In this document: positions 28,864-38,763 of the stretch, in pieces | Position numbering within the stretch: the stretch's first letter is position 1 | Layout of the letters: every line of letters starts with the position of its first letter | Source of the DNA: Alphaproteobacteria bacterium | Lineage (GTDB): Bacteria > Pseudomonadota > Alphaproteobacteria > UBA6615 | Assembly: GCA_965261975.1 (NCBI GenBank) | Contig: CBDHEC010000047.1 | Span: forward strand, 1-64,000 | Direction: 5' to 3' | DNA length: 64,000 bases | Notes under the pieces: generated by a model | Seen by the model: only the letters and a program-made list of their open reading frames with translations | Told to the model about the DNA's origin: nothing | The model's database searches: none | Translations under genes and position numbers: made by a program

Positions 28864-29756
28864 ATGCGCGATCACCCAGTTTCGCCGTCGGCTTGAGTTG
28901 CGGACTTGTGGTGCCCTTCATTTGGGGCGGCTGGATCGTGGCGTCGCGCTTCGGCGTCCTCCATGCGCTGACGCCCTTCGATGTAACCGCAATCCGGGTC
29001 GGGGTTGCCGCCGTCATTGTCCTGCCGCTGTTGCTGACGAAAGGCCTGGCCGGCTTGCCCTTGTGGAAAGGGGCTGTCCTTTCCTTCGGCGTGGGGGTGC
29101 CGTTTGCGCTGACCTCGTTCGGCGGCATGGCGCTGGCGCCGGTCGTACATGCGGGGGTTCTTACCAACGGGGTGATGCCGATCTTTGCCGCGGTGATCGG
29201 ATTCTACTGGCTTCGTGAACTTCCGGCACGCGCGCAAATGGGCGGCTTGGTTTTGATTGTCGTCGGCGGCGTCATGGTCGGTGGCGACAGCTTCAGCCTG
29301 GATGCACCTCCGGGGCAGTGGCTGGGTGATCTTCTCCTGATGGGTGCGGCTGGTTGCTTCGCGCTTTACATGACCGCCCTGCGCCGCTGGAACGTGACGA
29401 TCCTGCAGGCGTTGATCGCCGTCCCGATCATCAGTTCCGCGATCTATATTCCGGTCTGGGTCCTGTTCTTGCCGTCCGGGCTTTTGCAGTTCGATAACTT
29501 CCCGCCCTGGCAGGAGGTGGCCCTGCAGACGGTCTATCAGGGCATCATCGCGAGCTTCATTGTGGTCATCCTCGTGACCCGGGCGACGCGATCCGTATCG
29601 GCAACCACCATGGCGGTACTGCTGGCCGGTGCTCCCGTGCTCGCCGTGCTGTTCGGCATCATTCTGCTGAACGAACTTCCCACCGTCCTCGCCTGGTCCG
29701 GTCTGGCGGTGACCACATTGGGAATGGTGTTGGCGGTGGGGCGTCGTAATGGTTGA
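28860..29756 (+). CDS. EamA/DMT family transporter
   Basis: About 10 TM helices; LT.FD..IRVGVA, APVVHAG, LQTVYQGII. Confidence 0.88.
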   Translation: MNARSPSFAVGLSCGLVVPFIWGGWIVASRFGVLHALTPFDVTAIRVGVAAVIVLPLLLTKGLAGLPLWKGAVLSFGVGVPFALTSFGGMALAPVVHAGVLTNGVMPIFAAVIGFYWLRELPARAQMGGLVLIVVGGVMVGGDSFSLDAPPGQWLGDLLLMGAAGCFALYMTALRRWNVTILQALIAVPIISSAIYIPVWVLFLPSGLLQFDNFPPWQEVALQTVYQGIIASFIVVILVTRATRSVSATTMAVLLAGAPVLAVLFGIILLNELPTVLAWSGLAVTTLGMVLAVGRRNG

Positions 29757-29858
29757 CCGGGACACGCGTTCAGCCGGTGGAATTGCGAGGAATAACCGGT
29801 GCATGTCGCGTTTGCAGTATTTCCCAAGCTTTAGCAGATTGGGGCCCGGGGGGACGGA

Positions 29859-30226
29859 ATGAGCAGATCGTTATTTGATAAATATGGCGGCTTCGCAAGC
29901 GTCAGCAAGGTCGTGTTTGCCTTCTATGACAAGGCGGTCGATTCCGACATTGTCGGGCCGTATTTCGACAATATCGATATGCGCGCGCAGGTCGATCACC
30001 AGACGAAGTTCATCTCGTCCCTGATGGGGGGCCGGCGAGCTACTCGGATGAGGCGCTGCAGAAGGTGCATGCCGGGCTCTCGATCGATAAGGAGTCCTTC
30101 GAGGAAGTGTCTCGCCTGTTGCGTGAAACACTCGTCGAGTTCGAACTGGAAAGCGCGGACATCGATACGATCATGCACGAGATCGATTCCCGCGCGGACA
30201 TCATCATTACCCGGCACGAGACGTGA
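29859..30226 (+). pseudogene. Group 1 truncated hemoglobin, frameshifted (real lesion or sequencing error)
   Basis: SLFDKYGG..FYDK..YF..DHQTKFISSLMGG continues in another frame as PASYSDEALQKVH..ITRHET*. One base is missing at the G run 30026-30031. Confidence 0.85.
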
Positions 30227-31215
30227 GCGACGCCGCCCAGACCATCTCGATGGACATGGAGCAGTTTCGTTCCATGCTGCTCGATTCCGTCGGGGTCGGG
30301 CTCGCCGTCGTCGAGCACGATACGTTCGACGTGTTGCTCCACAACGCCATGTTCGGCGAATGGTTTCCAGGCCTGGTGTCGGGTGAGATGAACCTGGCGG
30401 ACATCATTGCAAACTTCGACGGTGCGAAGATCCATGAGCGGATCTACGCGGGCGAGACCTGGAAGTGTGAGGTCGAGGTCAAGCCCAAGCGCCGGGCGAT
30501 CACGCTGGCGATCGAGTCCTACTCGAAGATGATCGAGCGCCAGAACCGGGACCTGAAGAAAGAAAAGGAACGGGTCGAGAAGCTGCTGCTCAATATCATG
30601 CCGCAGCAGGTTTATGAGGAATGGAAGGAGTTTGGTGTCACCACGCCACAGCGCTTCGACAATGCCTCGGTCCTGATGCTCGACTTCGTCGGCTTTACCC
30701 AGATGGCGATCTCTCAGGAGCCGACCAAGCTGATCTCGGAATTGAACGACATCTTCACCGCCTTCGATCGGATTGTCGAACAGTTCGGCTGCGAGCGTCT
30801 CAAGACCATCGGTGACGCCTATATCGCAGTTTCAGGCCTGCCCGAACCCAACCCGGACCATGCCCGCAATATCGCGCGTGTTGCGCTGCGCTTCGTGCGT
30901 TACCTGCAGCGCCGCAACGAAAACAGCGAGTTCGAATGGAAATGCCGTGTGGGTATCAACACCGGGCCGGTGATCGGCTCGGTCGTCGGTGTGCAAAAAT
31001 ATGTCTATGACATCTTTGGGCCCGGCGTGAATCTTGCGGCCCGGATCGAAGCGGTGTGCGAGCCCATGGAGATTCTCGTGGGCGAGGAAACCTTTGCCCA
31101 GATTCAGAATGAGTTCCGGCTCAGCGATGTCGGCGAGCATGAAATCCGTGGCTTCGGGTCCCAACAACTCTATCGCCTCGACGGCGACTTCACCCCGGCA
31201 AACGACATCAACTAA
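30223..31215 (+). CDS. Class III adenylate cyclase with an N-terminal PAS-like region
   Basis: EKLLLNIMP, LMLDFVGFT, LKTIGDAY, YDIFGPGVNLAARIE. GTGA overlap with the globin stop. Confidence 0.92.
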   Translation: MSDAAQTISMDMEQFRSMLLDSVGVGLAVVEHDTFDVLLHNAMFGEWFPGLVSGEMNLADIIANFDGAKIHERIYAGETWKCEVEVKPKRRAITLAIESYSKMIERQNRDLKKEKERVEKLLLNIMPQQVYEEWKEFGVTTPQRFDNASVLMLDFVGFTQMAISQEPTKLISELNDIFTAFDRIVEQFGCERLKTIGDAYIAVSGLPEPNPDHARNIARVALRFVRYLQRRNENSEFEWKCRVGINTGPVIGSVVGVQKYVYDIFGPGVNLAARIEAVCEPMEILVGEETFAQIQNEFRLSDVGEHEIRGFGSQQLYRLDGDFTPANDIN

Positions 31216-31220
31216 TGTCT

Positions 31221-32486
31221 TCAGGTCGGCAACCGCAGCACCATGCGGTTGATCGCGTTCATCACCCGATAGAGCTCATCGAACTGGCGCTTGAACGCGC
31301 CATAGTCGAGGTCCGAGCGTTTCTCCTGGATCGCCGCATGGATCTCGGCCAGGGACCTGTTGCCGTCGCACAGGGCCGCGATCGGGCGCGACAGGGCCGG
31401 CACCGCCATGTCGGTCTTCAGGCCGTCGGCCGTCATGGTGATTTTGCCGCGGGGCGGAAGGGTGCTGGCCACGTCTTCGGCGCTTTGGTTGAGGAGATGA
31501 GGAACTGCACGCGGATCGTCGGTGTCGGGCAGGGTTATGGGGTTGGTGTCGCGGACCGCGTAGAAGATGTGCTTCATGAGGTTTTCGGTGAACAGCTCCG
31601 CGAAGCTCGCCCGGGTGATGAGGTCTAGGTCTCGGAGTCTCTTGAGGATGCGCGGATCCCGGACCAGCCAGTCCGGGTCGTAGCGAAAGGGCTCGATGAA
31701 GCTTGTCAGGCGCAGGCCGGCCTGGGTCACGAAGTCGGCGATGTCGGGCACGCGGTAGGCACGATCGCGCGAATGCAGGAACAGATCATAGATCCCCGGA
31801 TCGCCGCCCCCCACATGATCACGGATCAGTCCGTTGCGGACGATCCATGAAGTCTTTGGCAGGTTTTCGGCCAGGCGCTTGGCCGTGGCAACCCGCTCGT
31901 CATCGGGTACTTCGCCGCCGGGAGCGATCATGCGCAGCATGTCTTGCATGTGATAGACGCCGGTTCGGCCATATTCGCCGTAGACCATGACGCCGATCCC
32001 GCCATCGGCTGCGAGCTGACCGGCCAGTGCGGCCAGCCCCGCGTCGGGGTCGTCGAGATGGTGCAACACACCGCAGCAATCGATGTAGTCCCATGGGCCT
32101 GGCGCCACCTCGGCGATGTCGAGCAGGGATCCCGTCACGAAGCGGATATTGTTCAGCCCGCGCATTTTTGCACGCGCTTGCGCGACGGCCTGGCTTGGGC
32201 CGCTCAGGTCGAGATGGGTGACCTCGCCCGGGACGCCCGCATCGTGCATATGCTGGGCGAGCATGATCACGGCATCGCCGGTGCCGCCGCCGGCGGCGAG
32301 CGCCCTAAGTGGTTTTGACAGGTCCCGCGCGCCCCCGAATACATAATGGTTCAGCTCGAACAGGTTGCTCGGCGAACCGGCGATCAGGCGTTTCTTTTCA
32401 TCGTCGGGATTGCGCTCGGGATAGGGGTAGGATTCGTACTGGGACAGCACGGCCTGATCGCGTGCATTCTTATCGGGATCGGTCAT
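31221..32486 (-). CDS. Class I SAM-dependent methyltransferase
   Basis: QYESYPYP, LAAGGGTGD, DYIDCCGVLHHL.DP. Confidence 0.88.
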   Translation of the reverse strand: MTDPDKNARDQAVLSQYESYPYPERNPDDEKKRLIAGSPSNLFELNHYVFGGARDLSKPLRALAAGGGTGDAVIMLAQHMHDAGVPGEVTHLDLSGPSQAVAQARAKMRGLNNIRFVTGSLLDIAEVAPGPWDYIDCCGVLHHLDDPDAGLAALAGQLAADGGIGVMVYGEYGRTGVYHMQDMLRMIAPGGEVPDDERVATAKRLAENLPKTSWIVRNGLIRDHVGGGDPGIYDLFLHSRDRAYRVPDIADFVTQAGLRLTSFIEPFRYDPDWLVRDPRILKRLRDLDLITRASFAELFTENLMKHIFYAVRDTNPITLPDTDDPRAVPHLLNQSAEDVASTLPPRGKITMTADGLKTDMAVPALSRPIAALCDGNRSLAEIHAAIQEKRSDLDYGAFKRQFDELYRVMNAINRMVLRLPT

Positions 32487-32515
32487 GGTCCTATCCGGTA
32501 TGCCCGTTGGGTGCG

Positions 32516-33496
32516 TCAGCCATCGATGTCGATAACCAGGCGCCCCTCGGCCTGCCGGCCTTCGAGCATCGCGAGTGCCTTGGCCACGTCGGCCAGGGGC
32601 AAAACCTGGGACACATGGGGTTGCAGTTTGCCGGCGGCCCACCATTCGAAGAGCTCTTCGAAGCCGGCACGAAAGGTCTCGGGTTCGCGTTTTCGGTAGG
32701 CGCCCCAGAAAACGCCGACGATCGATATGTTCTTTACCAGGAGATGGTTGGACGGGAACTCGGGAACATCGCCGCTGGCGAAGCCGATCACCAGCAGGCG
32801 GCCCGACCATGCCAGCGAGCGCATGGCGGTTTGGGCCAGCTCGCCGCCGACAGGGTCGTACACGACGTCGACACCCTTCCCGTCGGTGATCTCGCGCAGC
32901 GTGCCACGTAAATCCTCCTCGGTATAATTTATCAGATGATCGGCACCGCGCGTGCGGGCCAGTTCGAGTTTCTCGGCAGTGGAGGCCGCGGCGATGACCG
33001 TCGCACCCAGCGCCTTGGCGCACTCGACCGCCGTGAGCCCGACGCCGCCGCCGGCCCCGAGTACCAGGACGGTCTCGCCGGGTTTCAGCTGGGCGCGGTG
33101 GACCAGAGCCAGGTGGGATGTGCCATAGGCGACGGGGAAGGCCGCCGCGGTAGCGTTGTCCATGCCGTCGGGCATGTGAAATACCGTGGTCGCGTCGCAT
33201 ACGGCCTCTTGCGCATAGGCCCCGGCAGACACGACGGCCATCACCTGGTCGCCCGGTTGGAAATTCGGCACGCCATCGCCGACTTCCATAATCTCGCCCG
33301 CCCCTTCGAGGCCCGGCGCGAACGGCAGTTCCGGCTTCTCCTGATACTGGCCACGGACGAGGACGCAATCCGCGAAGTTGACGCCGGCGGCGCGCATCCG
33401 GATGCGGACCTGTCCCGGCCCGAGTGCCGGCGCGGGCAGCTCGCCAAGTTCCAGTGTTTCCGGGTCGCCCCAGTCCTTACAGACGATCGCACGCAT
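32516..33496 (-). CDS. NADPH:quinone oxidoreductase (MDR family)
   Basis: AAGVNFAD, PGLEGAG, LGAGGGVG, GVDVVYDPVGG. Confidence 0.93.
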   Translation of the reverse strand: MRAIVCKDWGDPETLELGELPAPALGPGQVRIRMRAAGVNFADCVLVRGQYQEKPELPFAPGLEGAGEIMEVGDGVPNFQPGDQVMAVVSAGAYAQEAVCDATTVFHMPDGMDNATAAAFPVAYGTSHLALVHRAQLKPGETVLVLGAGGGVGLTAVECAKALGATVIAAASTAEKLELARTRGADHLINYTEEDLRGTLREITDGKGVDVVYDPVGGELAQTAMRSLAWSGRLLVIGFASGDVPEFPSNHLLVKNISIVGVFWGAYRKREPETFRAGFEELFEWWAAGKLQPHVSQVLPLADVAKALAMLEGRQAEGRLVIDIDG

Positions 33497-33566
33497 GAAA
33501 TTCAGTCTCCTGTCCGGCCTCGTTGCCAACTTGCCTCGGCCCCGAGGGGCATGCAAGTAAGGTCCC

Positions 33567-34133
33567 ATGAGCGAAGCAAAAATGCGCGGTTATTTCGGGA
33601 TCGGCGTCGAGGGGATCTCGAAGCAGATGAATGTCGGGGCGATCATGCGGACCGCGCACGCGTTCGGCGCGAGCTTCGTCTTCACCATCGATGCCGTTTA
33701 CGCCAAGCGCGAGGGTGGCCGGTCGGACACCTCCGATGCGCCCGAACATCTGCCGCTGCACGAATATGACACGCTGGATGATTTCAGCCTGCCACGGGGT
33801 TGTGCCCTGGTCGGCATTGAACTCATCGAGGATTCCATCGACCTGCCGAGTTTCCGTCATCCCCGCCAGGCCGCCTATGTGCTGGGGCCGGAACGCGGTT
33901 CGCTGTCGCCGGCGCTGGTCGCACGCTGCGATCATGTGGTGAAAATTCCTACGCGCTTCTGCGTGAATGTTGGCCTGGCCGCCGCGATTGTCATGTATGA
34001 CCGGGTCCTGACGCTGGGGCGTTACCCCGCGCGACCGCTGGTTCCGGGCGGGCCCACGGAGGCATTGCCCGAGCATGTGCATGGTGAGCCTGTGCTGCGA
34101 CGCCTGCAGGACCAAGAAAAGGCCGAACAATAA
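33567..34133 (+). CDS. SpoU/TrmH-family RNA methyltransferase
   Basis: NVGAIMRTAHAFGA, YVLGPERG, CVNVGLAAAIVMYDR. Confidence 0.92.
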   Translation: MSEAKMRGYFGIGVEGISKQMNVGAIMRTAHAFGASFVFTIDAVYAKREGGRSDTSDAPEHLPLHEYDTLDDFSLPRGCALVGIELIEDSIDLPSFRHPRQAAYVLGPERGSLSPALVARCDHVVKIPTRFCVNVGLAAAIVMYDRVLTLGRYPARPLVPGGPTEALPEHVHGEPVLRRLQDQEKAEQ

Positions 34134-34193
34134 CAAGACGTTGATCATGCCAAGGCTTGGCAAGACTCGGCGGCGCTTGGTAAGTGCCGAATC

Positions 34194-34718
34194 ATGATTG
34201 CACTCACCAGACTTACACTCATGGCACCGGCACTTGTGCTGGCCTTGGCGTTCGCGGCGCCGTCCACGGCCCATGCCCAGGAGGCCAAGCGCATCAGCCA
34301 GCACGGTGACTGGGATGCCTACACCCGCGGCACGGGCAACAGCCAGTTCTGCTACATGGTCTCGAAGCCGAAAACCGCGAGCCTGCAGTCGCGGCGCGGG
34401 GAGATTTTCTTCCTTGTCTGGCACCGGCCCGGCCAGAAGGAATTCGATGTGGTGCAGGTGGATATCGGCTACCCCTTCAAGGAAGCGTCGGAAGTCGAGG
34501 TGCGTATCGGCGGGGAATCATGGTCCCTGTTCACCAAGGATCAGAGTGCATGGACCTACAAGCAGGCCGACGATCAGAAGCTCGTCGCCGCGCTTCGCAA
34601 AGGCGCCCGCATGACGGTCAAGGGCACGTCGAGCCGCAACAATCCGACCACCGACACCTACTCCCTCAAGGGCACCAGCGCGGCATACGCGGCCATCAAC
34701 AAGGCCTGCGGTCGCTAG
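34194..34718 (+). CDS. ialB: Invasion-associated locus B family protein
   Basis: Signal peptide, HGDW..CYMVS.P, DTYSLKG..INKAC; typical position upstream of rlmN. Confidence 0.85.
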   Translation: MIALTRLTLMAPALVLALAFAAPSTAHAQEAKRISQHGDWDAYTRGTGNSQFCYMVSKPKTASLQSRRGEIFFLVWHRPGQKEFDVVQVDIGYPFKEASEVEVRIGGESWSLFTKDQSAWTYKQADDQKLVAALRKGARMTVKGTSSRNNPTTDTYSLKGTSAAYAAINKACGR

Positions 34719-34759
34719 AGCGGTTGCGTTCGCCCGCCGCCGGGCTTATGTGAACCGTC

Positions 34760-35893
34760 ATGCCGATCACATCCGAACAGTTTGCAGCCCCCGACGCGTC
34801 GGTCGACGACGGCCCGATCAACCTGATCGGGATGAACCGCGCCGAGATGACCGCCGCCCTCGAGGCGCTCGACGAGCCGCGCTTCCGGGCCGACCAGCTG
34901 TTCAAATGGGTCTACGGTCGCGGCGCCACCGATTTCGACCAGATGACCAATCTGTCGAAAGTCCTGCGTGCAAAGCTGGCCGACCGCTACGTCGTATCCC
35001 GGGCGGAAATCTCGCAAGACCTGGCGTCTGTCGACGGGACCCATAAATGGCTCCTGCATCTCGGGGACGGCAATGAAGTTGAATGCGTCCATATTCCGGA
35101 ATCCGACCGCGGCACCCTGTGTGTATCCAGTCAGGTGGGCTGTACGCTGAACTGCCGGTTTTGCCACACGGGCACCCAGCGGTTGGTGCGAAATCTCGGG
35201 CCCGCGGAGATTGTCGGCCAGATCATGCTGGCGCGCGACCATTTGGGTGAATGGCCGACCGCGGAACGGCCCACCATCTACGAACGCGAACTCTCCAATA
35301 TCGTCATGATGGGGATGGGCGAGCCGCTCTATAATTTCGAGAACGTGTCGGCCGCTTTGAAGATCGTGATGGACGATGCGGGGATCGCGATCTCGCGCCG
35401 CCGGATCACCCTGTCCACCGCGGGCGTGGTGCCCTTGATCGAGCGCTGCGGCGCCGAACTCGGGGTCAATCTCGCCGTTTCCCTGCACGCGGTGCGCGAC
35501 GAGTTGCGTGACGAGATCGTGCCGATCAACCGCAAGTATCCGATTGCCGAGCTTCTGGCCGCGTGTCGTGACTATCCCGGCGTGCGCAATTCCCGGCGTA
35601 TCACCTTCGAGTATGTGATGCTGCGCGACGTCAACGACAGCGATGCGGATGCCCGCGAGCTCGTGCGCCTGATCAAGGGCATTCCCTCGAAGGTCAATCT
35701 GATTCCGTTCAACCCCTGGCCCGGCGCGCCCTATGACCGCTCGACGGATGAACGGATCGAGGCTTTTGCCGATATCGTTCGGGCGGCGGGGTATCCGTCG
35801 CCGGTCCGAACGCCGCGCGGTGAAGACATCATGGCGGCGTGCGGGCAACTGAAGTCCGAGAGCGAGAGACCGCGCCGTTCCGCCGCCGGATAA
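34760..35893 (+). CDS. rlmN: 23S rRNA m2A2503/tRNA m2A37 methyltransferase (radical SAM)
   Basis: [30 protein letters not shown]. Confidence 0.97.
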   Translation: MPITSEQFAAPDASVDDGPINLIGMNRAEMTAALEALDEPRFRADQLFKWVYGRGATDFDQMTNLSKVLRAKLADRYVVSRAEISQDLASVDGTHKWLLHLGDGNEVECVHIPESDRGTLCVSSQVGCTLNCRFCHTGTQRLVRNLGPAEIVGQIMLARDHLGEWPTAERPTIYERELSNIVMMGMGEPLYNFENVSAALKIVMDDAGIAISRRRITLSTAGVVPLIERCGAELGVNLAVSLHAVRDELRDEIVPINRKYPIAELLAACRDYPGVRNSRRITFEYVMLRDVNDSDADARELVRLIKGIPSKVNLIPFNPWPGAPYDRSTDERIEAFADIVRAAGYPSPVRTPRGEDIMAACGQLKSESERPRRSAAG

Positions 35894-36042
35894 ATACCCG
35901 TAACATACTGATATTTAACAGGAAAACATCCTCGCAAACTCGTGTGCTTGTCTGCCCGGGCCGGCGTCACTATTTTATGGCGCAAGGGAAGAGGACACCG
36001 CACCCAAGATCCGTTCGCGCAACCAACGCCGGATCGACGGAC

Positions 36043-36291
36043 ATGATCGACGATTTTCTAATGGGATTTGGCCTCGCCATCTTGGGCGGGACGCTGATTG
36101 TTATGGGGTTGCCGACGATACGCCGCTGGCGACTGCCTTCGCTGACCCCGCACCACAGCAGCCGAACGGGCCGGATTGTCCGCGTGGTGATGTCCACCCT
36201 GGCCATCGGGACGGGCTTGCCGCTGGCGCTGGCCGGTTTGGCCATGGTGGCGGCGGCATTGGCCGGCATGCGGATTATCTGGCCGATCTAA
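36043..36291 (+). CDS. Small hypothetical 2-TM protein
   Basis: 82-aa ORF with two hydrophobic helices between rlmN and argG. Confidence 0.55.
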   Translation: MIDDFLMGFGLAILGGTLIVMGLPTIRRWRLPSLTPHHSSRTGRIVRVVMSTLAIGTGLPLALAGLAMVAAALAGMRIIWPI

Positions 36292-36330
36292 CGTCGGACA
36301 ACCGCCCGAAATGGCGCGCCGCTCCAACGC

Positions 36331-36358
36331 TTGCTCCCGCGCCATGCGCGACTATACT
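36331..36358 (+). promoter_or_regulatory. Putative sigma70 promoter of argG
   Basis: TTGCTC-N16-TATACT, about 40 nt upstream of the ATG. Confidence 0.5.
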
Positions 36359-36396
36359 CCGCCGCGATTTACGCAAACGCGAAACGGATCAGAGAT

Positions 36397-37608
36397 ATGG
36401 CGTCAGGTGACGTGAAAAAGGTCGTGCTCGCCTATTCGGGTGGCCTCGATACTTCGGTCATTCTCAAATGGCTGGTGGAGACCTATGGCTGCGAGGTGGT
36501 GACCTTCACCGCCGATCTTGGCCAGGGTGAGGAGATCGAACCCGCGCGGGCCAAGGCCGAGATGTTCGGGGTCAAGGAGATCTTCATCGAGGATCTGCGC
36601 GAGGAGTTCGTGCGCGACTATGTCTTCCCGATGTTCCGGGCCAACGCGCTCTATGAAGGCGTCTACCTGCTCGGCACCTCGATCGCCCGGCCGCTGATCG
36701 CCAAGCGCCAGATCGAGATCGCCCACGAGACCGGCGCCGATGCCGTGTCCCATGGCGCGACCGGCAAGGGCAACGACCAGGTCCGGTTCGAGCTCGGTTA
36801 CTACGCGCTGGACCCCGACATCAAGGTCATCGCGCCGTGGCGCGAATGGGACCTGACCTCGCGGACCAAGCTCATCGACTTCGCGGAGAAACACCAGATT
36901 CCGATCGCCAAGGACAAGCGCGGCGAGGCGCCGTTCTCGGTGGACGCCAACCTTTTGCACATCTCCGCCGAAGGCAAGGTGCTCGAGGATCCGTGGCACG
37001 AACCCGACGAGTTCGTCTTTTCCCGGTCTGTCGCACCCGAGGATGCGCCCGACAAGCCGACCTATATCGAGATCGGTTTTGAGGCGGGCGATCCGGTGTC
37101 GATCGATGGCCAGAAAATGTCACCGGCGACCCTGCTGACCAGGCTCAATGAGCTGGGTGGCGCCAACGGAATCGGCCGGCTCGACCTGGTCGAGAACCGT
37201 TTCGTCGGCATGAAGTCGCGCGGTGTGTACGAGACCCCGGGCGGCACGGTGCTCCATACCGCTCACCGGGCGATGGAATCCCTCACGCTCGACCGCGAGG
37301 CCATGCACCTCAAGGACGAGCTGATGCCGCGCTACGCGAAGCTCGTCTATAACGGCTTCTGGTTTGCGCCCGAGCGCGAGATGCTCCAGGCCCTGGTCGA
37401 CAAGAGCCAGGAACGGGTCTCGGGCGCGGTCCGGCTCAAGCTCTACAAGGGCAACGTGGTTGTGGTCGGGCGCCAGTCGCCGAACAGCCTCTACTCTCTC
37501 GACCATGTCACGTTTGAGGATGACGAGGTCTATGACCAGCGCGACGCCGAAGGCTTCATCAAGCTGCAGGCCCTGCGCCTGCGTCTCGCCAAGGCGCTCC
37601 GGGACTAG
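36397..37608 (+). CDS. argG: Argininosuccinate synthase
   Basis: [34 protein letters not shown]. Confidence 0.98.
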   Translation: MASGDVKKVVLAYSGGLDTSVILKWLVETYGCEVVTFTADLGQGEEIEPARAKAEMFGVKEIFIEDLREEFVRDYVFPMFRANALYEGVYLLGTSIARPLIAKRQIEIAHETGADAVSHGATGKGNDQVRFELGYYALDPDIKVIAPWREWDLTSRTKLIDFAEKHQIPIAKDKRGEAPFSVDANLLHISAEGKVLEDPWHEPDEFVFSRSVAPEDAPDKPTYIEIGFEAGDPVSIDGQKMSPATLLTRLNELGGANGIGRLDLVENRFVGMKSRGVYETPGGTVLHTAHRAMESLTLDREAMHLKDELMPRYAKLVYNGFWFAPEREMLQALVDKSQERVSGAVRLKLYKGNVVVVGRQSPNSLYSLDHVTFEDDEVYDQRDAEGFIKLQALRLRLAKALRD

Positions 37609-37623
37609 GCGTCGGCCGGGCCG

Positions 37624-38325
37624 CTAACCCAACCCCGGCCAGGCCGAAACACCCAGGACAAACGGGTGGGCGCCGACGAGGGCGAGATAGACGGCGATGG
37701 TCAGCAACAATCGCCACCAGCCGATTCCCGGCCAGTCGAAGCTGGTGCGTTTCGACAGGATGGCGCCGAACGGCACCAGGCTGGTGGTCAGCAGGATCGG
37801 TCCCCAGTCCGCGCCGTACAGAAATTCGCGGCGCTTATCGATCCGCCACATGCCGAATATGCTCAAGATCAGCATCCCGGCAAACAGGATGACCGCGCGC
37901 GTATCGCCGTTGACGATCAGATGCGCGGCCGACCATAGCGACATGCTGTTGAGGAAGGGGTGCCGGGTGATGCGGATGATGCCGCGGGTCAAATCGCGCC
38001 CCGGATCGTCGGGCGCGGTACCGGCGATGGTCGGTGACGGGGTCGTGATGCCGCAGACGATCAAAAAAAGCGCCAACGGCATGACGATGGCGGGGAGCCA
38101 GAGCAGCGCATCGGGTGTTTTCCAGAGCGGATCGATCGGCGCGCGGATGTAGGCGAGGATCATCCAGGCGAACACCACGACCATCAGGACCGAGTAGTAG
38201 GCGAGGAAACGGGTCTCGCCCAGGCGTTGAATCAGCGCCAGCCGGACGGGCATGCTCGACAACAGGAAATGGCCGCCGACGAACAGCGCGGTGGCGGCGA
38301 AAAGCGCATCCAGACTACCGATCAT
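37624..38325 (-). CDS. nnrU: NnrU family membrane protein
   Basis: GIIRITRHP..AHLIVNGD, TSLVPFGAI. Confidence 0.88.
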   Translation of the reverse strand: MIGSLDALFAATALFVGGHFLLSSMPVRLALIQRLGETRFLAYYSVLMVVVFAWMILAYIRAPIDPLWKTPDALLWLPAIVMPLALFLIVCGITTPSPTIAGTAPDDPGRDLTRGIIRITRHPFLNSMSLWSAAHLIVNGDTRAVILFAGMLILSIFGMWRIDKRREFLYGADWGPILLTTSLVPFGAILSKRTSFDWPGIGWWRLLLTIAVYLALVGAHPFVLGVSAWPGLG

Positions 38326-38415
38326 GGTTTCCCCCTCATATCACCGCACGTGCCGACGATTATCCGTTGGGAATGTGGGCTCGTCCAGTCACACCCCTGC
38401 ATGCTAGTCAGGGGC

Positions 38416-38760
38416 ATGACCGACATGCACCAAACCGACGAAACACCCGATGAACCCGAAACCGTTGAATCGCGGGACGAGATGCCCACGACGGATCCGG
38501 TCGCGGCGATGATCCTGGCACAGCTCGGCGCAGCGAAGCCCGGCGGCTCGGTGTCCCCCGAAGACGTCGCGCGCGCGGTCGCGGAGTCGCGCCGCAAGGC
38601 CAACGACCCGCCCGATCTCTGGCGGCGTTACATGTCTGCGGTGAAGCAGCAGGCGATTCACCTGGCGCGCGCCGGATCGATCCAGGTGCTGCGCAAGGGC
38701 AAGCCGGTCGAGGATCCGGCCCGCGTGAAGGGTGTCATCCGCTACAGGTTGCCGGCCTAG
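38416..38760 (+). CDS. DUF3253 domain protein
   Basis: SVSPEDVARA..WRRYM..V..RKGKPV..KGVIRYR. Confidence 0.85.
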   Translation: MTDMHQTDETPDEPETVESRDEMPTTDPVAAMILAQLGAAKPGGSVSPEDVARAVAESRRKANDPPDLWRRYMSAVKQQAIHLARAGSIQVLRKGKPVEDPARVKGVIRYRLPA

Positions 38761-38763
38761 GTT

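Noticed and set aside
29859-30386. 175-aa globin with a novel Arg/Ser-rich tail
   Set aside because: The tail is the product of the frameshift. The true globin C-terminus is in another frame.
31221-33368. 715-aa ORF suggesting a quinone reductase-methyltransferase fusion
   Set aside because: The extension is out of frame with the quinone oxidoreductase, which has its own stop at 32516. The methyltransferase starts at 32486.
36370-36391. TGATCC..CGTA on the minus strand upstream of argG
   Set aside because: The spacer is 12 nt rather than 16, and it faces away from argG.
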